Program-made: the position numbers and the translations under genes
NCBI GenBank assembly: GCA_030704615.1
Contig: CM060733.1
Coordinates: 64,852,001-64,916,000 of the forward strand
Origin: Takakia lepidozioides
Taxonomy: Eukaryota; Plantae; Bryophyta
DNA: 64,000 bases
Reading direction: 5' to 3'
The notes under the pieces: model-generated
What the model was told of the DNA's origin: nothing
The model's input: the letters and a program-made list of their open reading frames with translations, nothing else
The model's database searches: none
Part shown: positions 37,040 through 50,734 of the stretch, piece by piece
Position numbering within the stretch: the first letter of the stretch is position 1
Layout of the letters: the number at the start of each line of letters is the position of its first letter

Positions 37040-37877
37040 CCCCTAAAGGCCGGCGCGACCTGAATCAGGTCGAAGCCATTTTCATCCACGGAATAACTTC
37101 CGTGGATGAAAGCAGATGAAAAAAGTGTCTGAATGAAAAGTGAGCGCTGGAATTAATGCCACACGCTCCACTTTACTGTGCCCCCAAAAACCCAAAACTC
37201 AGCAAGCTTTGATTTTTCAAAGATCAGGGGTACCCCCATCTGAGGCCGCCACTGCAATTGACCTGCCGACGTGGCCTGTGGACAGCCCTCAGATGGAAGT
37301 GACCGGAAAAGTCACAAAAAAACCCATCTACTGAGCAGTTTCTGGTTTTTTGGAAAAAAAAATTGGGCATTCTTCTTGCCCTGTGGGCCATGCAAGATTG
37401 CACCAGAGGAAACTTGATTTTGTAAAAACTCCAGGAGCTATGTGGATCTTCCTTTTCTAGTGTAAATTTTCTTCCATTGAACCCCCCTGATTGCACATAC
37501 AAAGGTGCCATATTGTTTTTGGGGAATTTGGCCCTCAAATTTCTTGAGGACATGAGTAACCCTGCAAAGATTGTGACTGAGTTGGTCCGGCCCCCAGAAA
37601 AAGTCTCTGTCAAGGCAAATTTGCTGGTCAAACAGAAATTTTCCCTATAAACTTCCTTGGAATTGAAAAAACAAACCCCTGGTAAATTATTATAATCTCC
37701 CAAACGGAACAGTCAATTCTTCCCAAATTTTTGCACAATACTTGCATCTAGTAGTTAATTGCCATTTAGTAAGGTTCATTTCCGTGGATGAACTCTTGCT
37801 GGCAGATATGGCCTCGGAGGTGTTAGTGGGTCCCATTTTTGAGGTGGACCCTCAAAAACACTCCCGACGCTTAGGGT
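37040..37877. mobile_element. Non-autonomous piggyBac-like insertion (~840 bp)
   Basis: TTAA on both sides (37036-37039, 37878-37881); termini CCCCTAAAGGCCGG and CCGACGCTTAGGGT (10/14 inverted match); no ORF of note. Confidence 0.6.
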
Positions 37878-40771
37878 TTAAATAGGATAGATGCACGTGG
37901 TGCAACTTATAACCTGAGGGGCGTTTATGAAATTGAGAACTTATTGATTTAAGAGGCTTAGAGTCACCTTATTGAACTTGATGAACCTATTGGATTATGA
38001 TAGGTATTTTGGCCACTCCTTTGTTAAAACAAAGTATTTAGGCACTAGGGAGCATTGGCCCTTCCATCAGAGGTGACTTGAACTCAGGCACTCGGTGAAG
38101 GAGGGGCATTGGGAGAGGAAGATTTTCCCTCTTCTTCCTAGGCTCGGCAGGTGCCTTGTGAAGGGATTAAAACATATCCCGGCTATAGGCGGCTCGGGGG
38201 GCCTAGGCGGTAGGAATTAGACAATAAAACAAAAGACTTGGAAGGCAGTTACTAAGTAGATTGTAGAATACCGTAGGACTTAGAAACACAAACTCGTCCT
38301 GTGAAGAGGAGTACGTAACTTCTCTTTGTCGATAGGACTTAGATAGTGACCATAGCCATCATGTACGACCACGGACCCCCTACATTAACCGCAGTCGGGT
38401 AGGCGGTTCAGTGAGCCCAACCTACACCGCAACTTACCACGACCCCCCTAGCTAATATGCCGTCACCCTGACCGCGCGCTCAAGGCTCGTCGTATAAATG
38501 GTGGTCTGCCGGGAGGTAAGTGAATAGTCAGGACTCCTTGTATTCTGAATAGGAGGAAGACTGGACGTTTGTCATTCTCCTCTGGGATCTTGTTATTTCA
38601 TTTTTACCTTACGTTTATGTTTCGACTTGAATAGGAAAAGACCGAGTGAACCATTATGTACATTTAGATAAATTTCTCGCATTTGAGTTAAGCACAGGGC
38701 TAACCACATGGAGAGTTTTGAGTGGCAGTATGGCTGCACCATTGGCACTCCCTCACCGGGAGCATTCCTTTGAGTACCGGGTGATCGGACTCTACCGCAT
38801 CATTTCCAGCACCAGGACTGGAGACGTACCTGGCCCCGAGGCCACAGTGATTTGCAGGCTGATGCGATGACGCATTTTTACCATTGCAGAGGAGTATCGG
38901 GAGTATCTTCACTGAAACACGGCGAAGCGGCGCGGAGCGGTGCTCCGCCCTCCCACCGTGATCTTGGCTGTGTCTTAGCAAAGCTTTATCTCCGCCCGAG
39001 TTGGACCCCGAGGCCCCAAAGCCCGGACGGCCCCCATTGCTACATTTTTTCGGTTCAACACTCGTTGGCCGGGCTGTTGCCAGCCACCCTTTCTTGCTTA
39101 TATTCATTTTGATTCGGCCCTTGAGGTCCATCTTGCGTGGCAGGTGGCCTACTTGGCTTGCTGTGCATTGTGTCGCACCATCACCGACACCCTGTTGTAC
39201 ACGCGCAGTAGGGTCGCTAGGCGGTCCGCTCCGTTGAGGGAGTGTGTGGGGCACACTATTTGTGGACATCGCCCTGCTTTCGTAGACTGGTTGATTGGAG
39301 TCGGCCCAGGAGAGGACGGAGTTGAGAGTGAGCGCCTCCCCCACCCAAGGAGGCCCTGCCGACCATTCTTGCCTCCTCGGTACTATCACCGAGGAACCAC
39401 GTCATCATTTCTTATTCGTGAGTTGATTTCATCTAGTTCATTGACACTGCTAGGCACAGTTAGAGATCGGCCAGCAGAGAGTTCTTTTGTTGCAACACCT
39501 GTTGTAGCTCGTAGGACACTATCACCGGGCCCAGTTCGGTCAGTAGTTTTTCCTTTTGGTCTGAGGGTCCCTTTGGCGAAGTTGCCTCGTTTACCGCCCC
39601 GAGTGGTACATGCCACCTCTTCAGTAGAGAGTGCCCCGAGTGGACCTACTGAGTACACTTCCTCGGAGGAGGAAGGGGATGAGCCTACCACCAGTAGCCA
39701 TCCTAGTGGGTCGGATTAGAGGTTTTTTTTTCGTGGATCCAGGAACTCCTACTATAGGGGTCCGGACCTCAGTTGCTTTGATTGTCGAGGAGTATGGTAG
39801 TGACGTGCGGTTGAGCACCATTGTACCAAACCAGCACAGTTATATGGGATGATTGCTTATGACAGGACTAACACAAGTATAGAAGTGGGTCACTGATAAG
39901 CCAACGTAGAACCCCATTTGGGATGTCCTTTAATGAAAAAGTGAAACGCATCCGGCACCGGTTCTTCCATACACCACGGTCTACCCGAGAATGGATCGAA
40001 TAATATATCCGGTATCTGGGTGAAAAGAAGGTGCATAAGAAACGTTGGGTCGACGAACGAGTTTGGAACACCCGAACTCTGCCCGACGGCACCCCTCAAA
40101 AAATTTACCGGTGCTCAGAGAGATTTGTATTTCCGGGTTGTCCCTATCCAGGTATTTACTTAGGAGCATTACACCCGAGGTCGTCGTTCGTAGCCCACCT
40201 AAGGTGGCAAGTTGATTTCTTTACTCACTGTGAGTCTTGTCAGTTCTTCGCACGCCAGCATCTGATACTCCGATCGGAATGCTCGCATTGTGAGGGACCG
40301 TGGCCAATTGGGTATCCTTTAATGCACCATAGGTTGCACACTGACGTGCCTCCATCGCCAAGGTTCCATGGAAGGTATTTAAATTTGACCTCGTTTATTC
40401 TTGACATGGTTGTTCAAGGTAATATAGGTCCATTAGTACAGACTGAGGTAGGGGAATCCTCATCAGCACAACAGTGAGTGTATGTCTAGCTCAGGATCAA
40501 GAGCCACACTCCCAAGCTTGGATAGCATATCCTTTGATACTAGGTTGCAAAGAAGACTGGCTCGAGAAGCCGTCAGAGATCAACTGCTAGGGAAACACCC
40601 AGTCCACAATAAGACTCAGAAACTAGAAGTTTGGGTAAGATAGAGTGGGAAGGAGAGAACACTGAAAGCTCTTCAGACGTCGAGTGTTCACGAGTGATTT
40701 CCCCTGTATCTAGTCCCCCTTATACACCACCGGCCAGGTCAAGGAGCCCTTCGCCATCGTTAGTGTCAGTC

Positions 40772-41644
40772 ATGGCACATATTCCAGGACCCCTTGAGGT
40801 ACCTATTGTGGTCCCAGCAGGCCTGCCCCCGCTAACGTTCCCCAGGCATTTGCCTTGGTTCTTCGGGGAATCACATGAAAACCCAGAGTATCATGTGAAG
40901 AGCTTTATTCAGTGTTGCTATTCTAACCAAGAGTTAAACGATGCCTATTGGTTGATATGGTTTCCCACAACCATGAGGGGTAGGGCGTCTACTTGGTATT
41001 GGCAACAGGCGCCAGGTATATTCGTAACTTGGCAGCAGATTCGGGACACATTTTTAGACCATTTTCGAGCGGTCCACTAGTTCACCAGTGGCTTGATGGC
41101 ACTGGCCAGGATCCGCCAAGGCCCCACAAAGGAGGTAGCGGACTTTGAAATGCGATTTCGGGAGTTAATGCGACTCCAAAACCCTTTAACCCCCCTAGAT
41201 GATGGGGTACTGAAGGATTGTTTTCTGAGTGGATTACGAGAGGCCACTCACTTTCATGTTTTGCAGCAAAGACCTGCAACACTGGTAGATGCCATACAAG
41301 CCGGCAAGGAGTTTGACAACATGCATCGCCAGGTACAACGGGCCAAGATGCCCGACTTTGCACTTCCATCATACATTACGATTGAGCCCACGCGGGAGCC
41401 GACGCCATTAGCGGTGATTCAACCCGCTTTACACTATACGCCGTCATATGTAGGAGGAGCAAGACCATATGCCCCGGCGACGTCCCCTACACCAGCAGTA
41501 GCACCGACCGTGCCACAGTATATGAATGCTGCCCCTACTAACTCGTATGCAGATTCCACTGGGCAGTCTGATTCACGGGTGGGCCATTTGGAGGCGCAAG
41601 TCACCTCTCTCATTACACTATCGAAACAATGGGCGATTGCATGA
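40772..41644 (+). pseudogene. Retrotransposon gag
   Basis: LPWFFGESHENPEYHVKSF...FPTTMRGRASTWY...TWQQIRDTFLDHF*...IRQGPTKEVADFEMRF...FLSGLR...PATLVDAI; one in-frame stop at 41078-41080. Confidence 0.88.
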
Positions 41645-42609
41645 GCTCCATCGGCCAGCAGATCACCAGCTACATGGGGTATCGAGATGCTGCTCCAGTA
41701 GGAGAATCCGGCCCCAACCCGGCAAAGGTATGGTGCTCCAACCACTAGAAGAAAAAACGGCTTTTTCCACGGCTCTGCCATCTCACACCTGGCACATTCC
41801 ACGGCTTTTATCACGGGTCTGTACACTAAGCCAAGGTGTGGGTCTAAATATGCCCTAACTGTGGGGTGTCTCACATGTGGTCCACACCCCAGGCAAGAAC
41901 GGTGTGAAAACAGCCATGAGCGTGGCAGGGGTTGGCTTAGTTTACATGGCATGTTACACACCTGTGTGAAATGGGAACATACAATTAACAAAAAACACAA
42001 GAAATGGGAACATACACAAGAAGGAGCCCGTGGCCTACTTTTGGTGCCTTGCAAATTGCAATAAGAGGCTCCGATCTGTTGGCAAGAAGTACCCGTTGCT
42101 CCACGATTACTCCCTGTGGTACACATTGACTGGCCTTACATGCCCTCTCGGATGAGCACGATGTCATGGTGATCATGGATCGAGGTGAGCGAGGACATAC
42201 ATAGTGTCATTGACATACACCGCAATGTAGATTCATGCACTGTAGCTTCCCGCAATCGTCTCATGCATGACGTTTTTGCTTCAGTTTTCAGCGTTGGTAC
42301 TTGTGACGGTGTGATGGTTTGGGGTGAAGCAGTAGCAATGCAGAGACTATCCACATTTCAGCCTGCGTACATTATCCTTTTGGGTTTTGCCTCAAGTTCA
42401 TGTACTTAACTGGCCTCTCCTGTCAAAAACTGAGTGTCCCCTGTACGACGTTTAGCTTGCCTCTTGTTATCTACTTCTCAGACCTTTCAACCATACTGCT
42501 TATGAATCTGTAATACTTTTGTTTCATGTGTGGTGCAACAACTTGGTAATGGGCGGTAAAATTACAAGTGCACATGTGGTGATGTCCACATTCAGAACAA
42601 ATAACAGCA

Positions 42610-43750
42610 CATCCGGATGGAGATTCGGCGCCGAATTTCCATCCGCCCCCCCCCAAAGGAAGTCGTGTGGGGGGGTCAGGCCGAAAACAAGCCGACATAA
42701 AAATCTCCCCAGATGGAAAAACGGCGCCAAATTTCCATCCGGGCCCGTTCCAATGCAGTCGGGGAGGGGGGAGAGGCCGGCACCTGGCCGTCATATTTCA
42801 ACTCCCGGACGGAAATTCGGGCACCGAATATCCAATAGAGCGGTGGAGAGGCCGACACCTCTCCGACAGAGACCATCCCCCGGATGGAAATTCGGCGCCG
42901 AATTTCCATCGGGGCCCCCTCAAAGGAAGTCGTAAAAACCTCCCAGAATGGAAAAACGGCGCCGAATTTTCGTCCGAGGCTGTTCCGATTTGCCTCTAGC
43001 AGTCAAGGATTCCAAGAAAAACGTGTCTACAAGTGCACTTCAGCCACAAAACAAACAGTTTAGTTTGTTTTTCTCCGAAAAATCAATCGGACACGCTCAT
43101 AATTACCTGCAGGAAGGTAATTCAGCGCTTCGAAATACCTGGCGAATGGAAATTCGGCGCCGAATATCCATACGCCAGCGATCCGACTTACTTGCTGGAT
43201 GGAAATTCGGCGCCGGATTTCCATCCATCTGGGATTCGAATTACCTGCAGGATGGAAATTCGGTGCCGGATTTCCATCCATCCGCGACCAACCTTGCGGA
43301 TGGAAATCCGGCGCCGGATTTCCATCCATCCGCCTCCGAATTACATGCGTGAGGGAAATTTCGCGCGCCGCCCTACCTGCGAGGATGGAAATCCGGCGCC
43401 GGATTTCCATCCATCCGCTTCCGAATTACCTGCGTGAGGGAAATTTCGCGCGCCGCCCTATCTGCGAGGATGGAAATCCGGCGCCGGATTTCCATCCATC
43501 CGCCTCCGAATTACCTGCGTGAGGGAAATTTCACGCGCCGCCCTACGTGCGCGGATGGAAATCCGGCGTAGGATTTCCATCCATCCGCTTCTGAATTACC
43601 TGCGTGAGGGAAATTTCGCGCGCCGCCCTACCTTGCAGGATGGAAATTCGGCGCTGAATTTCCGTCCTGCTGCGCTCCGAATTACCTGCAGGATGGAAAT
43701 CCGGCGCTGGATTTCCATCCTGCAGTGCTCCGAATTACCTCTACGTTGGA
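42610..43750. repeat. Palindrome array upstream of ParB-MTase copy 1
   Basis: Repeated GGATGGAAAT(T/C)CGGCGCCG(A/G)ATTTCCATCC; ~85-bp units from ~43300. Confidence 0.92.
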
Positions 43751-43976
43751 AATTCCGGGCCGAGTTCCGTCGTTTTTCATCCGACATGGAGGGCTTCATC
43801 CGACATTTAATTGCGCAGTTGGGCAATAAATGTCCACCGCCGTCCGTTTTCATTCGGGCTAGCGACACATGGCTTCCTGGATACGTACCCTAAATCTGAT
43901 GCTAATCTTGGCTTAACATGCTATTCGAGGCATGTACCCCAAAAACAGAGATCTTTTTCCATTTTGGCTAGGACTT

Positions 43977-46900
43977 ATGCCGCCTGAAGGGCGTGGCTCT
44001 CCTGAGAGAGACCTCACATCCAGACCGCGGCGGAAGTTGAAAGCTCTGTACTACGGACGACGGCCAATCTCTCGCATGGCCAAACTGAAGCTCCAGCAGG
44101 AGATTCCAGTGTCTTGCTCACAACCCGCGCCAACTGAAGCCGAGTACTCTCAGGCAAGCCACTTCTGCTTTCGCTTTGTTCGATTTCGCTTTCGCTTTTG
44201 CTTTGTTGCCTCGCTTTGTTTTTGCATCTTCATCCTGGCTTTGCTGGATGAGTGAACCTTAGATAGTTGAGTGAACCTTATATTGTTTGCAATACGTGTG
44301 CAAATCCGGCAGCTCTGGATAAGGCTGCTTGTGCATGTCATTCTCTGGCAATGGTTGCATTTGTTTTCATTGTTGTTGCATGGCTCTCCATACTTCCTAA
44401 ACTTGTTATGTTTTCATTTTTGTTACACGATTGTTGCTATGGTGGTTGCGATGCTGGTTTTGGCACCGATGTTGGTTCTCACGATTTTGGGAATGATAGA
44501 GTGACGACGAGCCCGGCACGCTGGTGGTATCATCAACTGCTGCAACTCATCGCATGTTTGAACCGCCCACCTTGGAGCGAGAGGGCAAACTTCAATCTTT
44601 TGTTGGTGGACGGGAGGACCTGCAGCGAGAGTACGACAGAATAGGCATTGGGGAGGTTGGTGCAGGCCTCATGGCAGGTGAAGGGCGTGAGGAAGTGAGA
44701 ACAGCAGATCCGGCAATGGAGGTTGTTGATGCAGAAGCAGTAGGGCCCGTCCAAGCAAAGAAGAAGAAGAAAGCCAAGCACGTGCAATCCCCGGCGCGAG
44801 AGCCGTCACGGGCTGCGGAGGGGGGAGTTCGCAGTGCCCGCGAGGGTGTCAATTTGCCTACCTCAAAGGTGGTCGTCCATCCGGGCTCCCCTGCTGCTAG
44901 CCCTAATAAGAAACAGAAAGCCCGTGAGAGGGCAAAAGAGAGGGCAAAAGAACAGGCAAGACACAAGGCTAGCCAGGAGGAAAAAGGCCACTGAAGAGGC
45001 CAGGGGATCCGAACTGACAGATTCCCATGTAAGTGAGGGACGCACAGAGACGGTGGATCCCTCCAAGACACCACAAAGAGGCAGCAACACACCGGTTAGA
45101 CCATCGTGGGCAAGAGCAGCCCCTGCAATTACCCATACGGTGGAGAGTGGAGGAGAGGATATAACACCAGAAAGAGCACGGATTGTGCAAGTTCGAGGTG
45201 AAGCCAGGGAGAGGGCAATAGAGACGGGGAGAGTGCTGGAGGTGGTTTCGCAGGTGGCTGACCCTATTGAAGAGGACGATATGGAGCTTTCTGACCAGGA
45301 TGACATCCGCCCGGACATCCCCAGGCCCCAAACCCGGAGCGTACAGGCTGGATTTGGCGGTCCTGGTGGGCTGCCGGAAACCCCTCTGCAGCAGACGTCA
45401 TGTCGGAGGCGGATATGAAGTTGGCCGCTGCCAAGATGTTGGAGGCAACCCACAGCAACATTGGCAGGGTGCTGGGGGGCATGGTGTACCCGGCCAAGCT
45501 TCGAATTCCCCTTTGCCGCTTGGTGTCATTGCAGGTGGTGAGACCTGCCCTCCCAGGCGATATCGACAAGCTGAAATTCTCTTTCCGGGATGGATATCGA
45601 ATGGGGTCTGCCGCGTTTTACGTTTCCATTGAGAACGACCACGGAGCGTCCCGTGCCCACACTTCTGATGAGGTGGACAAATGGGGTCCCCATTGGCAAA
45701 CGCGAAATGAGGAGTTCGAGAGATCGATTGCTAGTGATCCTCTTTTCCAGCACTTGTCCGGTAAGATGTTCTACGTGTGGGACGGCAATCATCGCCTCCT
45801 GGCATGGATGGAGCACATTGCCCAAGCCCACCCCAACGACCTCGATTGGCATTTCACCGTGGAGTGTGTTGTGCTGAAGGTTGTGGGGCCCAAAGATCGC
45901 AATCTTCTCAAAGCTGCAATGGCGGACATCAACTCGTAAGTTACAACACCTCTTGCTTTTGGACCCATCCAATTGTAAGTCATTTCATGGCGAATCCTCA
46001 TATTTGTTGTAAATTCCCATTCCAGAATTGTTTGATGGAAATGTGGCATTGCAGGGTGACTGAGAATGCCTTCATTGCCACCAACTTGTCCCATATGCTC
46101 TTCCGAGTGAAGGATGTCAGGAAGCAGGGGGTGCAAGAGTTTGCCAATTCCCTCAGTGCCGACCTCCTGCGCAAGTCGGAGGCAAAGGCAGACAGAACCT
46201 GGTATAGGCTGAGCGTCGACGCCATGGTGGACTACATATTTCGGGTAAAGCTCCTGACAGTTTTGTTGAGCTAATCTGTCTCTCCTCCCCCAATAGAAGA
46301 AAAAGTGTTGAGCAGGATCTCTAATCTTATGTGCGCATTCTTGACAGACGAAAATACAGCAGGATTTGGCACATGCGCGGAGGTTCTACATGGAGTCAGA
46401 GGAGAAGAATCCAACCCTCCCGGCACTCAAATCGTATGTCAAAGCTGCGGAGGTGAGGGCCCGCATAAAGTACAAGTCGTGGATGGTAAAGTACGTGGCC
46501 ATAGCTGATCCCGCCCTTGGTGCCGACTTTCTGGTGGAGGTGGGGAAGCACTACTACCGCGCTCTGAAGCCCACGATGACATTGGAGAAGCTCCATCGTC
46601 TAGCCACATCCTGTGTGGATGCAACAGAAAAGGTGATACATTCTTAACCAAATTGTGGTGGCAACTCCTTTTTGTGGTGTTTGGCGCTTACGAATATGTA
46701 GGGTGGTTGGACAGACCCGGTGGCTCCAAATCTGGAATGGTTCCCAAAGTACCAGGGACATGTGGAGCTTCCCCAAACCGGACAAACTCTCTGACCCCAC
46801 ATTCGACATGTGGATGAACCGCATGACATGGTGGTTTCAGGTACTTCCCCACGCTTCGTTTGGGGCTTCTACTCTAGTAGGGGGTGGATTCATTGTATTT

Positions 46901-49900
46901 TTTCAGGAAAGCAATCTGATGGAGAATCTCCACAGGTGACGACGAATGCGCAAGAGCAGCTGGACACACAAGCACATCAGTTCAAGATGGAGATATCTCA
47001 TGCAGCAGAGAGCCTACGCGACTATGTGACGAGGTACTTTCTGCTCTACAAAACCAACCTATTCTTTCGGGAGATAGCAGATGCTCGCCGGAACCACGAG
47101 TTCACCGACCAGCCGAACGCGGACAAAGCAGCAATGCGCCTTCTGTACAGGTACATATGCGCTGCCTTTCTTTCAAGTCCTTGCATTTCAGGATGTTAGA
47201 GGCCTCATGTGGTGTTAGGGAAAATGGCGCCGAATTTCCAGTCAGGGCTCCGAAAATGGCTAAGTCTCTAGACTGGCTGGCCCTGAACTGGAAATTCGGC
47301 GCCATTTTCCAGTTCTAGGCCCTATTGCCGTTTAGGGACTTGGCCATTTTCGGGCTAAGTCCCTATAGTGGCTGGCCCGGAACTGGAAATTCGGCGCCAT
47401 TTTCCAGTTGTAGGCCCTAATGCCGTTCAGGGACTTAGCCATTTTCGGGCTAAGTCCCTAGACTGGCTGGCCCTGAACTGGAAATTCGGCGCCATTTTCC
47501 AGTTCCAGGCCCTATTGCCATTCAGGGACTTAGCCATTTTCGGGCTAAGTCCCTAGGGTGGCTGGCCCTGAAGTGGAAATTCGGCGCCATTTTCCAGTTC
47601 TAGGCCCTATTGCCGTTCAGGGACTTAGCCATTTTCGGGCTAAGTCCCTAGACTGGCTGGCCCCGAACTGGAAATTCGGCGCCATTTTCCAGTTCTAGGC
47701 CCTATTGCCGTTCAGGGACGTAGCCATTTTCGGGCTAAGTCCCTAGGGTGGCTGGCCCTGAACTGGAAATTCGGCGCCATTTTTCCAGTTCTGGGCCCTA
47801 TTGCCCTTGAGGGACTTAGCCATTTTCGGGCCGGACCTGGGAAAATGGCGCCGAATTTCCAGTCAAGGCTCCGAAAATGGCTAAGTCCCTAGGGTGGCTG
47901 GCCCTGAACTGGAAATTCGGCGCCATTTTTCCAATTCTAGGCCCTATTGCCCTTGTGGGACTTAGCCATTTTCGGGCCGGACCTGGGAAAATGGCGCTGA
48001 ATTTCCAGTCAGGGCTCCGAAAATGGCTAAGTCCCTAGGGTGGCTGGCCCTGAACTGGAAATTCGGCGCCATTTTTCCAGTTCTGGGCCCTATTGCCGTT
48101 CTGGGACTTGGCCATTTTCGGGCCGGACCTAGGAAAATGGCGCTGAATTTCCAGTCAGGGCTCCGAAAATGGCTAAGTCCCTAGGGTGGCTGGCCCTGAA
48201 CTGGAAATTCGGCGCCATTTTTCCAGTTCTGGGCCCTATTGCCGTTCTGGGACTTGGCCATTTTCGGGCCGGACCTGGGAAAATGGCGCTGAATTTCCAG
48301 TCAGGGCTCCGAAAATGGCTAAGTCCCTAGGGTGGCTGGCCCTGAATTGGAAATTCGGCGCCATTTTTCCAGTTCTGGGCCCTATTGCCCTTGTGGGACT
48401 TAGCCATTTTCGGGCCGGACCTGGGAAAATGGCGCCGAATTTCCAGTCAGGGCTCCGAAAATGGCTAAGTCCCTAGGGTGGCTGGCCCTGAACTGGAAAT
48501 TCGGCGCCATTTTTCCATTTCTAGGCCCTATTGCCGTTCTGGGACTTGGCCATCTTCGGGCCAAACCGGGAAAAATGGCGCCGAATTTCCAGTTCAAGGC
48601 TCCCAAGATGGCTAAGTCCCTAGGGTGGCAGTCACCGAAAACCGAAATTCGGCGCCATTTTTCCATTTCTAGGCCCTATTGCCGTTCTGGGACTTGGCCA
48701 TCTTCGGGCCAAACCGGGAAAAATGGCGCCGAATTTCCAGTTCAGGGCTCCAAGATGGCTAAGTCCCTAGGGTGGCAGTCACCGAAAACCGAAATTCGGC
48801 GCCATTTTTCCATTTCTAGGCCCACTCACATCCGCCCCAACCTAGGAAAATGGTGCCGAATATGCATTTCAGGGACCTCATTGTGTTTTTCATGAATGTA
48901 GGTACTGCAAGTTCTCCCTTTTGGAGAAAGGTCATCTGTCTTTTGAGCCACCATTCTTCCTGGCATGGAGGAACCATGGGGCTGACTCCATGTACACTGA
49001 CGATATTGTGATGGAGTGGCATCTAGAACATTTGCGTGATTGCCCTTGGTATGTGGACCTTCCGCTTGGCTCGCTTGACCCATCCGAGTTTCAATTGAAG
49101 CTGGATGCTGAATTCCGACGAAACCGAGCTCCGCTGCCTCCGTTGGGTGCAAAAGAGGCAAAAGCGCTTGCGAACTCCAGGAAAGCGGCAGAGCTTGCTC
49201 AGGCAGGAATTCAGGAGAAATTGCATGAGAAGAGTAAAGGCCAAAGGAAAAGGACAAGGAAACAGGTGAGTGCAGTAACACCCAAAAAGAAGAAAACCAT
49301 TGGGGCATCGGAGGAGGCGCAGGAGGGGACCCAAGAGAGTGACTCGGACGACGACTTTGTTCAAGGCATATTGTTTGAGGCATATTGCTTTGTGAAGAGA
49401 GGGTCTACGTTCAAATTCCGCAACGACGGTCGTCTTGTTGATGTCGATGTGGACCCTTTAACCTACGATGTCCTCTACAACTATGTGCCCTACTCCAGTA
49501 TGCCGAAGGACACAAAGACAGGCAAACCGTGGCGGTACAGCCGGACCCGGAGCCCTGCTTTCATCCAAACCCTCATGGAGACGTGCTCGGATGTCCAAGG
49601 GCGGATTCTGGACCTCACATGCGGCACGGGTAAGCCTTCACATGCTCAGTTTGTCCCCTGGCCCGATTGCAATTGCATGCCGCAAGCTATTAACCGCCCG
49701 CTTTGTTCCTCAGGTGCTTCAATGTGGGCAGGGACGTTGTCTGACAGGCATGTGTTCGCCTTCGAGCTAGATACTGCTCTCCACAACTCGGAACTTGCAG
49801 CGGCTGAACGTTTGCCGAAAGAGGAAGAGGCATCCTCGGAGGATGAGGAAAAATCCGAGAAGGAGCAGGGGGAGGAAGTTGGGATCGAGGCCGAGGAGCC

Positions 49901-50503
49901 CCCGGTTTACGAGTGAGTGGTCGCATTGTAAGTTGCTTCCAGATTTCGTGAGGCACCTCCCTCCGCTCTCTTATTTCATTGAAAACCCTTTCTGGTTGTG
50001 CTGGTATTGACATTCTTGAAGTGGATTTGTTCTTACTGTAGGATGCCAAGTACTGCTAGAGGGACGTCTACACCGGAGTTCATGGGCAGGAGGAACGTGC
50101 CTTTTTTTGCCAGGGGGGATTTCATGCCTAGTCTAGAAAGGGAGTACATCCTTCCTACTTATGCTGCCCGGCTTGCTTCGGTGTCCATTAGAAGGTGTTC
50201 CAAACCTAGTCGTGTACAGCAGATTTTAGACGAGGCAAGCCTCAAGAAAATGAAGATGAGGGAGGAGGCAGCAGCTATTAGAGCCCGTCGGGCTCGTAGA
50301 TTTGTGTTGGATTCTGCTGAGGAAAGTGGGGGAGAAGAGTGGCAGAAGATTCCCAGGAGGTGAGGTGGACAGTCCCCCAAGGAGAGGACGGGATTTTTGA
50401 GAGGCATAGTGGAACTGATGCATCACAGAGCTCGGAGGATGAGGGGGATGAGGGGGATGAGGAAGAAGGTGGGGCAAGTTCCTCGGAGGGTGTAGGAGAG
50501 TAG
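43977..50503 (+). pseudogene. ParB/Srx-like + beta-class amino-methyltransferase-like multi-exon gene, copy 1
   Basis: Exon 1 from ATG 43977 or 44076 to 44153 (GC donor); exon 2 from 44500 with IPLCRL...FYVWDGNHRLLAW (45781); further GT-AG exons; array-filled intron; ILDLTCGT|GAS. Frameshifts at ~44985 and ~45378, and a deletion at ~49366 removing the DIPD region. Confidence 0.8.
47220..48870. repeat. Intronic tandem array: five 95-bp steps then seven 146-147-bp steps, with internal inverted repeats
   Basis: GCTAAGTCCCT recurs at 47354, 47449, 47544, 47639, 47734, then 47880, 48026, 48172, 48318, 48464, 48611, 48758. The core GGAAATTCGGCGCC is present in both orientations. Confidence 0.92.
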
Positions 50504-50734
50504 TGCCCATTCCGGCTATGACAGTTAGAACACACTTGTATAGACGTGGCTTGCCACAAAATTTGCAATAAAATGTTGGATTTCAAGTCCACTGGTGCCA
50601 CATTCCAACTTCACATGACCCTATTTCTGTGCCTCCTAACCCTATTTCCGTGGACTCACAATGGTCTGCTCATGCTTTTTTTTTTTCCGCTCATGCTCAT
50701 GCCGCTCATGAAATAGCAGCCCCCCCCACTGTTT

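Larger units (their letters stand above)
36138..41880 (+). mobile_element. Second Ty3/gypsy element, 5' part: LTR-like region, decayed extra ORFs, gag; truncated
   Basis: Gag at 40772-41644. Possible LTR TGTACG(36138)...CGTATA(~38496) followed by PBS-like TGGTGGTCTGCCGGGA. Boundaries are uncertain. Confidence 0.6.
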
